62,000 nucleotides of DNA, taken from contig NW_008806291.1 in NCBI RefSeq assembly GCF_000400465.1, positions 1-62,000 of the forward strand, given 5' to 3'. Position 1 is the stretch's first letter, and every line of letters starts with the position of its first letter. The position numbers and the translations under genes were made by a program. Source of the stretch: Wallemia ichthyophaga EXF-994. Taxonomy: Eukaryota > Fungi > Basidiomycota. Below, in pieces: positions 1 to 11,273 of the stretch. The notes under the pieces are model-generated. The model did no database searches, was not told where the DNA came from, and saw only the letters and a list, made by a program, of their open reading frames with translations.

Positions 1-1
1 T

Positions 2-800
2 GTAATCAATGATGGCAACGGCGAAGGCGGAGGAGACGTAGAAGGTGGAAATGATATATGTGGACGGACTGAAACAGCCAAGAATTACTGGTTGAGATTT
101 TATGTTGAAAGACATAAACAGGTTCTTTCAGCTATCTATCTTTCGCGTATAATCAAATGCACCCCGTCAGTTGCTACAGTGCAAATCTTTTAGGTGTTGG
201 TACACGACACTCCAAGAATTTTCAAAGGACTCATGCCAACACTTATCGAAAGACTTGTCACAATTCTTACCAGTGATCGTTTAAAATGCCCGAAACTGCT
301 GCAAGGGCATTGAGACAAATTGGCAGAAAACAGAGTGAGAAGTCTTGCAAAATGTTACTCAAGTTTTACATTCATTCCTGAATGCAGCTTCCTCTCAACT
401 CAGAGGGTGTGTGTATTGCGTTCGCCGAATTCCTCAAGATTTGTCGAGAGGGAAAAGATTGAAAGTGATCGCAACATCATGAATGTCTCGTTGATGACAA
501 TTACAGAGTTAAAGGAGCAGCTGTTTGGTTAAGGTTGGATAGTTCGAGGCTTAGCTGTTCATAACTGGAGGAATTGTGTGGCATATCGCACAAATTCTCA
601 GCCTGAAGGTGTACCTCGGCTTATATGCAAAGATTTCTTTTACTTCCAATGAGCGTAAAGATGATGGATTGCATCAATACTGCTAGATCCTTGGACGAAG
701 AGAAAGAATTCAGCTTTGCCAGCAGCTATACACTCTTTCATCAAGTCATTCAAGAAATCATGGCTGTTTCTGTTGCATCTGACTACACTGTCAGTCCGAC
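2..800 (+). pseudogene. GCN1: Degenerate GCN1 (eIF2-alpha kinase activator, HEAT repeats) fragment
   Basis: Frame-hopping translation gives ERHKQVLSAIYLSR / QIF*VLVHDTPRIFKGLMPTLIERLVTILTSD / PETAARALRQIGRKQSEK / EGVCIAFAEFLK / LVDDNYRVKGAA, colinear with fungal GCN1 (..RDRVLAALYL..WKALVHNTPRT..ETAARTLGE..EGVC.AL.E..LVD) but with stops and several frameshifts. Match is clear to ~530, weaker to ~800. Confidence 0.7.
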
Positions 801-1789
801 TGAAGACGTGAGTTCGTTTAGCGCTCTATCTCATGGTGGTTGTTTCTGCATGATGATTTCTTACTTATGTCAACACTGAAAATTCTTACACTGAAAAGTG
901 TTGGTGAAAAACCAAGACGGGTCGCTGACTAGAACACTGCCATGAGATAGCTCGTGTGCTTATGTAACAAGGCTAATACGCTACACAGGTCAAGGACATG
1001 CTCTTTGCGTATGATGTTGCTTATTTCGCTAGTATGCTGACAGACTCAGTTTAAGCATTTTGACTTTGAGTCGCACAAACGCGACTACTCGTTATATGTT
1101 TGATGCATGAATGCTTTACGGGGTACGCTGTACCAATTTAGAAGGGTTTTTAATAGTGAGGCTTGAGTGGTTATGGTCGTAAGTCTTTATCAGACTAAGG
1201 CGCTTCAATGGAGCGCATGTGTGCCTTTGTATTGCCCCTTTAACGGAGATGGAATGAGACGGTCGTATGCTCAATGACGTGCTCATCATAGCTAGTAACA
1301 GCTGAGATCTGGGTATTCTTAGAGACATTTTGTAGCGAATAGCTGTGTAAGGAGTTTGAAGTGGTGATGATCGTGACTGGTTCTATGTATCACTCTGCGC
1401 TAGTTCAGCCGAAAGTTGTGTGTCACAGGGAAAGATTTGATGTTTAAGAATACACTTTTAAACTACACTGAAATCAAAAATTTTAGGCGCATCCTGAACC
1501 ACCTCTCCGCCTTGATTATTTGATTTTAAATTGCACTCGATGATGCCAAATCCCCAATTTAGAGTTGAGCTATACCCCCTCGCTTTTTCTGCATGTATCC
1601 TTTTTGATAGATGCTTGATAGGGTTATACTGGCCTTAATTTTCCGCTAGGGTCATCATTGAGTTCAATGGACGTCACGCGTCGGAAACTCAATACGCGCC
1701 AATATGAGTTAATGTTCAAGATTTTTGTATGATTACAGCTTCTGTCAGCCTTTGATAATCGATGATATCGTTGAAGTGCGTCATCTCTT

Positions 1790-2040
1790 TCATATTCCCT
1801 CTATTGCATTTTCCGAAGTGACATCAAATAGGTATATTAGCTGAACAGATGATTGACGGGTGCATTTGAAATGCTTGAAAGCCGATGAATAGAATGTCAT
1901 GGTAAAATCGTGTTTCTTGTATGTGCAAGATTTCGATGTGCATTTCTTTGAGTATTTGGAGTAATTTGAGCATGTATATTTCGACATAATATTCTTTTAC
2001 GTCAGCTGGCTTTTTGTATATTGACTCAGCTAGTCATTAA
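1790..2040 (-). mobile_element. Possible decayed non-LTR retrotransposon APE-endonuclease fragment
   Basis: Minus strand reads LLQILKEMHIEILHIQETRF, resembling the APE motif (..DIL.LQET). Single short motif only. Confidence 0.2.
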
Positions 2041-4346
2041 TTGCACTTACTTGATTTTCGAAGTTCAGGTAAAGCTTTGATCAAGTGAGCGGGGCGCAAA
2101 GTGACACCATGGTTTCAAGTCGGTTTCGATCTTTATAAACAGCACTCGAACATTTTGAAACTAAAAATTTGGATTCAATGTCTTGTCGAGCTCGCGGGCG
2201 ATTAGTGGAAGAAATAGAACACCGAGCGAGTAGGCACGATTGATAAAATATTGAAAATACAAGCAGGAAATAGTTGGATTATTTATAGTGTCTTTTGGAC
2301 AGTGATTTAGTAATAATTACAAGTGCGTGCTAGTGTGAGAATGGTGTTATCGGGAAGACAGCAAGACTTCCCATTTCGAAGACCTATTCTGATATATCTA
2401 TCCCCTTCAGAGCATCCCCTCCTACGTTCTTCAGCTAAGCCGAAAATTAGTAGTAGAGGAGAGATGTGAGTAGAGAAAATCTTATATTTTAAAAAAACTC
2501 AGCAGAGCTTATCGTTCCTTGATTTTCCAGCTTCACCAGCTGAATTTGAGATGACGCATTTTCGACGATAGCAGAAATTGCTTAGAGCTGATTTAAGGTT
2601 TTCATGCCATAGCTTTGGATTGTCAATATCATGAATTGTAATTCATCGCTCCTCTTTCCGCATTTGGTAGGTGCAGATCACCTCGACCAGCTCAATTACT
2701 AAAAGATGCGATGATTAGGCTGAGGTATGAATATATTAGTAAACTCTCCTAATTTTCTGGTTCAATTTAATATATTCAGAGATGTAATTTGATGCTATCT
2801 ATTAAATTTTTAAAATGTCATATTGTTTCAGATACTGAGACGAATTTCATCCAGACTACAGACAAAAATGTATATTAAAAATCCATAAATATCCCCCATA
2901 GAGCTCACTGATATGTATCATTGTGTTTCTTTTTCAATATCTCAAATATTTTTCAGCAAGATATGCCACTGTGAGTAGCTATGAATCTCAGACGCAAAAC
3001 AGCTGGAGGATGTAAGTAATAAAATAGTAGCAGATACGTCTGAGTATTTAAGCAGCATATCACTCTGAGAGCTATTTAGGTGAAAGTGTATCCCTCAATC
3101 AACTCACAGCATGTCTTTTACGCATGCTCTGTGATGAAGGCGCTTTCAAAGATTTGCAAGTGCAGAAGCTGGATCTACCAAGAATACACAAATTCAGCAT
3201 CTGTCAGCTGCGATTAATACATATCCCCTGATTGATCTTGTACCAGAACTGACCAGCGGCTAACGCGGCTAACACAATATTAGATTAGAAAAAGTAACTT
3301 AGCTTTTTTCTGATGGCCTCTTTAGCGTCAGTAGTAATCACAGAGGGATGCCGCTTCTCTAACATATCAAATACTTCATCAAACATTACAGCTATGATGT
3401 AGCTTATAAGAGAAGATGTGGTGTCACAATTTCTATAAATTACACTGATAGAATAAATAATATAAAAATACAACAAACATAACATAACATAACAAAACAA
3501 TCTATCTTATGATTTTACAGGTGATATCATTGCATAGCAGGAGCTAGCATTGCTGCGCACGAACTTAGCATATTTAGTTACATGTTTCTTCGCTAATTAT
3601 GAAGAATTGTATCTTTAGTTGAATCAGGGGATCACAACGGATCCAAATTAAGCTAAGATCTACGTATGAAGTGTGCAAATATTTCAGATTATCTGTCAGT
3701 GTTAATTTACTTAGAGCGGGCTCAATGTAATGTACTTGGCAGCCGACAGACGCCTACACTTTCTCGAGCAAGGCAGCTTTAATGCAGAGAAGCTGTTTAT
3801 CGTTTTATCATCTGTGAATAGCGCAACCTGTCACAAGTCACTTCACAACGTTTTCTCATGACCCGAATTTCATCTCTGATTCACGCCACCATAAGCTGTA
3901 TCAAACTATATTGAGATGATAACTCGAAAGGGGTGCTTACTGCTTTTGTGGATGTTCGAGCTTTATTAGACGTCAATCGGTCTCGACCTATGTTATATGG
4001 CAAACCAGCACTCACAAAGGCCACAAGATCCAAAGTCTGGAGCTGATCAATTTGTATAGTAAATATTTTCCTCGGTGATTATCTAGATGTCTCGCACATC
4101 ACCTCTGTAACCTTTAATGTTTGTTGCGTTTTGACAAGCAAGTTAGTCAGCTATAACGTAGCTATGAAGAGACCAGATTTTATTCCACAATCACTAAAGT
4201 CACACTAAATCATTTGTAATGCATTGTCTTTACAATGAGAGTGACTTGAATTGGTGTAATGAAGTGGTGCAGTGAATGGTCTGTGCTTGCTGTTAAACAT
4301 CGCGAAATATTAATAACAGTCCTTTCTTCCAATCATAATCGAATAG

Positions 4347-4385
4347 ACGCGTTCCATGACAGTTTAGAGAACGCGTCAGACGCGC
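4347..4385. promoter_or_regulatory. Cluster of MluI/MCB-like elements
   Basis: ACGCGT at 4347-4352 and 4371-4376, plus ACGCGC at ~4380; no intact gene nearby. Confidence 0.3.
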
Positions 4386-5355
4386 TCTTGAATCGTGGTC
4401 TTTCTTTGACTCATCGTATCTCTTAAATCAATAATACGGTATCGATACCATTATCAGAATGTCGCTCGCTTCTCGAAATGACATAGAAATCTCGCGGTTG
4501 TCGCTGCTGATGAAAGTGATGATCTTTTTGAAAGAAAGATGTTTCCTAAGACAATCAAAACAGCTACGAAAATACAAGCCACAAGTATATTTTCCATATC
4601 ATGTTTTTTATTTTGATACATTCACATTCGCTCAACCTCCTCGTCAAATTTTGTCCTGAGTTTTTCATTCATCTGCTATCTGTGACAGTGAGCATGTTTG
4701 GTAGAAAATTGGATGCATTTTTGCAATATAAAACCGTGAAGTAGTCAATATATCTTTCAGTTAATCCACTGAAGTTGAGATGACGAAATTTTAGTGATAT
4801 CAGAATCGAAACAATTTTGAGCTAAAACGAGGCAGCACCGGTAATCTGGGATGATTAAATAGCACATACAGCGTTCTCTCCGCTCCAATTTTTGTGTTAA
4901 GATCTTAAACGACGAGCTCGATTTCGAAGACATTGATTATTTGGATGAGAGATGAATACACTGGCAGATTTTCTCAGATTTTTATAGAGCGGAACAATTG
5001 AGATATTTGGTTGTTTGTGGCCTTCATCAGCTATAAAAATTTAATACTATCGATACAGGGCGTGAAATTCTTCATACTTATCCTATAACGTGCTCCAGAG
5101 CTATCTCGGATCGCAACTTACGAAAAGCTTACGATGCGCAATTGGAGTCTCAGGGATACTTGTCAAGTTTTTTGGAGATCATTAAAGTCGTAGAGAAGCC
5201 CATTGAGATGAGTTAGAGGATTGTCCAAGAATCCAACTCGGTGGCTATTGTATGTAATGCCATTATAGGGTTCTTTTTGGAATGCTCAAGATGTCATGAG
5301 GTTGATGCTTTTGCTAATTTCAAATTTTACAACAAATAATAATACATTGAATATT

Positions 5356-7599
5356 TCACACAAATTGACTACCATTAAACATAGTGCTCAGCAGCCCAGA
5401 CCAGTGGTCGCCTGAGGTGCTGTCCAGCGATGGCAAAATGCCGTCCAAATCTTCATCCCCGAAGAAGTTACTATCTAGGCTATCAACTTGCATCTGCTGC
5501 ATCATATCTGAGAAGTTTAGATCATTTTGGTAGATAGCCTCTTGTTCATAAATTTCGCTGCCATCTTGCACCTCAGGCACTGAAAAATGCTCACTTTTGA
5601 GTCCGCCCGTGTCACGCGACTGTAGAGTTTTAGCTTGTCATTTTTGCAGCACGAGACACCCACTAAGTCTGCCTGTGTGCGCATGAACGCTTTGTCCATA
5701 GGTAGGTCAGCGCTCCGTACCGTCTGCAAAAGTATATCGACTGCTCTCCCGCTAAGCATATCTTTTGACTCCCGCGCGCGTAGATTACTAATACCGATAT
5801 GAATATATTCGAGATCGTTGCTGTTAAATATGCCCTTTTTTCTTCCTTCGCAAAAGCTGATTATGAGTACGATTGTCGCCGAGAATGCCTGTACTTCTTA
5901 TCAGCTGTTTATGCTTTCTATACACCCTACATACACTCCAATTCGAAATATCGTATGGACATATCCCAAATTCGCTCGGTTTGTCGAGCAGCAGCTTCTT
6001 GTAGATAGAGATAATCGACCTAGCTGCATTGCCACAAATTACCAAGCTCGTAAGTCTGAAATTTGACTCCTCAGTGGATTGCGGGTTTGGTAGGAAGGTT
6101 TTGTAGACGAAAATTTGAGTGACAAAAAAGCCCAACTTTATATTACTCCTCAATTGAACAATTTCTTCATCTTCTTCTGAGTCGCCGCGTAGCTCAGTCG
6201 GCATATCATTCAGCCATTCATTCAGACGCGAATTGAGTGCGGCGATGTCTGAAAGACTCATTTTGAAGTCACCTTGAGTTGTATCTTTCTTGAGTCTGTA
6301 TATTGATTCGAGTATGCTTGCGAGGAGCTTGTACAGGTCAATCAGTTTGTTCATGTAAACGACACTTAACCTGCTTTTGTAGTCGTTCTCACCATATCCG
6401 CCAGCCGAGGGGCGGTCAACTTCAATAGACAAATCGGGCAACAGTTGATTTCTGCCCAGGGCAGCTGCGGCAGCAACATCAGCCAAAAATAGTGCCCATA
6501 TAGTTCTCCTGCGAACCTCTCGTTGGTGTGAGTCGTCGGTATATGAAAACCAATCACAGTGGAGTCCTATATCTTGCGCGTGCATGATGGTGTATGCGTG
6601 AATGATGAAGCTACTCTTGGGATAGACACTGGCTTTCAGGAATGTCTGGAGAAGGATGAGTGCTTGGATGTCCTCGATTGTTGCTACTGATACGGTGAAA
6701 TCTTTCATCTTCGTCTTGGCTATCTCGAAAAATGCGTGCCCGGCGAACAAGGGATCAGGGCGACCTGGGGGCAGCACGCGCTCGTCGTCTGCTTTCATGT
6801 ACTGGCTTCCAACTGCGCAAACCATCATCAAAAGGCTGCCAAACTCCCTCTCTAGTTTACGCGCAGGAATTTGGGCAACGAAGTGAGTTTGATCAAGAAT
6901 GGGTAATGACATATTCACTTTCCTGAAGTACATATTGACCAGCTCGTACATTAACTGCTCATTACCAAAATCTTCGTGGGTATAATCCGGTTTAGTAAAT
7001 TGAGGAAGTAGCTCCCTGTCCCAGTCTTCACGCCAATACGCTCGCCTCTTTCCGGAAAGGAGAGTGTCGGGTGTGGCACCCGTGTAAAGATTTACGCGCT
7101 CGACGAGCCCTCTAAGGGACGATTTGCCGTAGAATCGTCGATTAAAAGGGTGCCTAACGTCAGTCACCTTCCCAGGTTCACTTTCGGGCGCTAAAAACAT
7201 ACAGCCAATCTTGAGTGCCATTTCTTTGTCCAGTTTATCGTTGTCTGTGGGAGAAACAAAGTTCGGTTGGCGGGAGCTTGTGGAAGCTATAGGGCCATCG
7301 AATTTGCGCTTCTGCTGTGTTGAGTAGTCGCTGGACGGACTATCTTCTGCCGTGTACTCGGAAGACAGCTGGGCTAATATCGATTCGTAGCGCCGTACCT
7401 TGGCCTCAAGATCCCTTACGTAGTGCACTGAGTATCCTTTTTTCTCTGCTGGATTTTCGTAGGTGCAATCCTCGTTTCTGCAGTTGCTGCACGGAAGCGG
7501 ATAGCGCTGCGGTCCATCGCACCTAGCCTTCCTCTTCCGACAGCCATCGCAGGCCCTGAGTATCTTGGGCTTCTTGTCGGTGCTGATGTTGGTGTTCAT
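5356..7599 (-). CDS. Zn(II)2Cys6 fungal transcription factor with middle homology region (3 exons)
   Basis: N-terminal RACDGCRKRKARCDG..CSNC..C; fungal TF domain (RRRTIWALF). Introns at ~5869-5914 (gtatgt..tacag) and ~5626-5669 (gtgggt..ctacag) join ORF 5824-7599 to the 5517-5759 and 5356-5580 frames. Confidence 0.92.
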
Positions 7600-7964
7600 G
7601 GGGTTGTTGGTGGTCCCAGTTCAAGGAATTATATGAGCGAGCTGAAAGTGGAAATCAATTCAAGCTGTGGATTAGTCGCATTGACAGACTTTGCCATAGA
7701 ATGGGTATTTCGTCATGTTGGTTTGGCTTGATAAGACTTAAATGAAATCAGGGAGAGCAGAAGCTTTTATGGGCTTTGTTCAAAGAGTTCAAAGTGCTTG
7801 CAAAAACGGGTTGTTCAAAAGCAGAGGAATTTCAGTCTTACAAGCAGCGCCCATCTTCTGATACCAGTGTATCGTTCTATCTTGGACTGCCATAGCAAAT
7901 CCTCTTCAAGTCTATCACGCATGTAGCAACTTGACCTTGAAATTTCGATTGGAATCTTGCCACG

Positions 7965-8012
7965 CTCGCTCGGAGTCGGCAGCTCGATTTCGCTCTTTAG
8001 TCTCCGAGCGAG
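7965..8012. repeat. Perfect 11-bp inverted repeat in the TF-TF divergent promoter
   Basis: CTCGCTCGGAG (7965-7975) and CTCCGAGCGAG (8002-8012), 26-nt spacer. Confidence 0.8.
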
Positions 8013-8048
8013 GCAGACACTCGATCACTTGGACGATGATCATCTCGA

Positions 8049-9971
8049 ATGGAACTTTATAAAAGGCGCAAAATCAGCAAACTGAGAGTATGCGATGCTT
8101 GCCGTCGACGTAAGCTGAAGTGTATGTGTCTTTTCAGATCTTGGAGCGCCAACTTACTCTACGCAGGCGATATCGAAACCCGATTGGAAAACAACTCCAA
8201 TTCGTGCAGCAGATGCGAGCAGAGCGCGGTGGATTGTCTGTTTGAAGAAGCCCCGGCAAAGGGGAAGAAGTACAAGGAGCTGTATTACGATTTGGCGGAG
8301 AAGCACGCGCATGTTCTCAGTCTCATGCGTAAGCTACATCCTGGGATCGACATTGACGGTCTTCAATCGACTGTAGACACGCTGTCGATTGACGGGGACC
8401 ATTTTGATCAACAAGCCGCGGAGGAGCAGGAGCACGAAGTAAAAGCATCCGAGGATTTTCTGCGATCTGCTCAAACTCACGACCCACGAGTGCTCGGGTC
8501 TGCAAGCGTGTTCAAACTCAGGTCTGTCGAACGAATACGGGCGATGGCGGTGGGAAGCAGCTCAACCAGCTTCGATATACATCAAAGATCGCAATACTGG
8601 TCCCCGGTAGCTTGGAAGATCGACGATCGTGATTTTGATCCACCCCAGGAACTTATAGATTCGTTAGTGGAGATATACTTTGAAAATACGGGTTGCCATA
8701 GACCGCTTTTGCACAAGCGAACATTTAAAGAGGGAAATATACAGGATATAGATCACCAGCGAATACTTTGGCTTGTATGCGCAATAGGCAGCAGATTGTC
8801 GGACGATACTTGCGTTCTCGACAGCTCAGAAGTAAAAGCGGATGGCACGCCTCATTCGTATCACAGTGCAGGCTGGCCGTTCTTCATGAAATACGTCTCT
8901 ATCGCTAAACCCATTGCGGCGCTGTCACCATCTCTAGCTGACTTGCAGCAATCGGCGCTGGCTGCTGTTTTTCTTCATTCCCTTCCCTCCCATTCCAGCT
9001 CGTGGACAATAGCAGCGCAAGGGCTGATAATGGCGAAAGATCTGGGTGCAAATTTCCACAGCACATCTACCGATCCCGTCAAGGACGAGCTGCGGCGTCG
9101 CGCATTTTGGAATCTATATCAAATCGAAAGTGAGATGGCAACCTATTTAGGAAGGGATTCAACGATAGATGAGCGAACGATTGGGATAGATCGGCCACGT
9201 GCGCTTCCAGATGAAAATGAACGTGATTTTTACGCATACAACGCCTTCTTGGATCTTATCATAATTGCTCGTAATGCGCTTGATTGGCTTTACGACGAGG
9301 AGCTGATACGTGAAGCACCAAATGATGCTATCAAGGCTCAACAGATGATAACAAATGTGACCGAGCTGGACAGCCGTTTGGACCAATGGATAATTACGCA
9401 GCCAGACTTTCTGCAATGGAATGAAGGGGAGGGGGATGAACCGAGTCGAGAGTGCACCCAGCGTTGCACCAATATGAGCCTCTTTCTGATGGTGCAGACG
9501 CTTATACATCGACCATTCCTCAACGCCTCAGGTCACTTACGCTCGTTGTCTATATCATCATCAGCCTTGTGCGGCAGCGCTGCGCAAAGTCTGGCACAAG
9601 TCGTCAGTGTTTTTAGGCAAATTGATCCACGCACCGACACAGTTGTCAGTTACGCGTTCATCTCGTGCGTCAGTGCGCTCGTAGTTCAGTGGACTAGCAA
9701 GGCGAAGGGTGCAGTCGTGTCAAATGAGCTCGATAAGGCTGTCGATACTCTCCACTCATATATTCGGTCTAGGGAGTCGAGATACTACGTTGCGGGGAGG
9801 CTATCGGATATTATTGCATGGCTGCGAGACGAGAACACCACGGCTGGCAGTATTGAGGAGTTGTTTAATACAGACATCGAAAGTTTGCTGAACAGCACCA
9901 TCTATAGTGCACACTTTTTCAACTCACTGCCTCCCCTAACTAGCCTGGAGGATAGCAATTTTATTGCTTAG
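8049..9971 (+). CDS. Zn(II)2Cys6 fungal transcription factor
   Basis: VCDACRRRKLKC..CSRC..C zinc cluster; fungal TF domain (ELRRRAFWNLY); predicted 45-nt in-frame intron 8122-8166 (gtatgt..acgcag). Confidence 0.92.
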   Translation: MELYKRRKISKLRVCDACRRRKLKCMCLFRSWSANLLYAGDIETRLENNSNSCSRCEQSAVDCLFEEAPAKGKKYKELYYDLAEKHAHVLSLMRKLHPGIDIDGLQSTVDTLSIDGDHFDQQAAEEQEHEVKASEDFLRSAQTHDPRVLGSASVFKLRSVERIRAMAVGSSSTSFDIHQRSQYWSPVAWKIDDRDFDPPQELIDSLVEIYFENTGCHRPLLHKRTFKEGNIQDIDHQRILWLVCAIGSRLSDDTCVLDSSEVKADGTPHSYHSAGWPFFMKYVSIAKPIAALSPSLADLQQSALAAVFLHSLPSHSSSWTIAAQGLIMAKDLGANFHSTSTDPVKDELRRRAFWNLYQIESEMATYLGRDSTIDERTIGIDRPRALPDENERDFYAYNAFLDLIIIARNALDWLYDEELIREAPNDAIKAQQMITNVTELDSRLDQWIITQPDFLQWNEGEGDEPSRECTQRCTNMSLFLMVQTLIHRPFLNASGHLRSLSISSSALCGSAAQSLAQVVSVFRQIDPRTDTVVSYAFISCVSALVVQWTSKAKGAVVSNELDKAVDTLHSYIRSRESRYYVAGRLSDIIAWLRDENTTAGSIEELFNTDIESLLNSTIYSAHFFNSLPPLTSLEDSNFIA

Positions 9972-10173
9972 TTTGTATTCGTAGATGCATCTAGTTTCGT
10001 ATGTTTAATAGATGAGATTGTATTTACGACCGAGTCTGTCTATCTTTCACGTGTTCAATTCATTAAAAACAAGTGGTAGTGTATAATCAAAAATTTCACA
10101 ATACAAGTTCAAATTGAAATGTAAGTGTAAGAAAATGACTAAAAGAAGCAAAAGATGCGCGCAGTGATCATAT

Positions 10174-11087
10174 CTAATAGCTAAGTGGAGCAGGTTTACC
10201 GCTGCAAGTCCAAGTCGCATCCCTAGCCTGAGGCTCGCCGATGTCCAAGTACGGTTCGAGGTCGAGGCAGTCAGCTACGGTAATGAGGTTGTAACCGCGC
10301 TGGATGAGCGATGGCACCACGTCTGGCATGACCGTGTATGGCGTTCCCTCGTAAGTCTCGTGGTTGAGTGTGAGGTGTGGCTGTGTGGGGTCAGTGAATG
10401 TGTCGTAGATGTTGATGCTTTCCGTAGTAGTTGCGCCTTGCGAGTCGAGCGAGTCTGCCATCCGTTGGTGTTAGTAGTGGTGAGCTTAGCGACACATTTT
10501 CACGCACCCTCGCTCCAGTTCACCACCGTCATGCCATGTTTCTGTTGTATGTAGTTGACAGCCCCTGATCGTTTCGTCTCAGCTGGCGCGCTAACACACT
10601 TGTCACTACTCACATGCTGGCGCACTGCCATATGGCGGTCTGAGGAAACGGGGACGCACACCGATAATCTTCCAGAGCGCTTCGTTGACGAGTTCTATCT
10701 GCTCATCAATCTCCGCTTCACTCAGCAGGTTGAGATCGCGGTGCTGGAGTTTGTATCAGCTGAGACATTCGTTAAATAAATCAAAACACCCAAACTCACG
10801 GACCAGGTGTGCGAACCAATTTGCATGCCACTGTTGAATGTGTTTCTAATCCTCTCCACGCTGTCTTGGTCGTAGATGCAGTTGTAGTTGTAGCCGTTGA
10901 GGAACATGGTCGCCTGGCTATCATTCTCAGTGAAGAGGTCGACTATATCGTACTCAGATCCGACGCTTCCATCGTCGAACGTAATGGCGAAGTCGTGGTA
11001 ACAGTTCTCGACTAGTCCGAGTGATTGGCGTGCGAGTGGTGTGGCAGTGCTGCCTGTGATTAGTGTTGCGATGAGTGCTGCGAGCAT
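10174..11087 (-). CDS. Secreted CE4 polysaccharide (chitin) deacetylase, 4 exons
   Basis: Signal peptide; spliced motifs TFDDGS, HTWS|H, RPPYG, DSLDS, LNHE; C-terminal RDATWTC. Confidence 0.9.
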
Positions 11088-11273
11088 CTTAAATGTGTAA
11101 CGAATGTAGAAGTTAAGTAAATGAGTGTGTTAGTTGATTGTGATGGTTTGTTCTGAAAACGCTCCCTTCTATATTCTACCCTCGCCGTCAAACTAAATTA
11201 AATGTCACAAGGAATGTAAAATTTGACTCCGGAATGTGCAACGCTAAAAACATGAAAATCTTTATTCATTCAT

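Noticed and set aside
2340-3500. Possible MMS19, importin or cullin HEAT remnant
   Set aside because: Protein-like frames occur on both strands and no consistent multi-block match could be made by eye.
4880-4940. KILNDELDFEDIDYLDE resembling a HECT-domain segment
   Set aside because: Too short, and flanking frames do not continue the HECT pattern.
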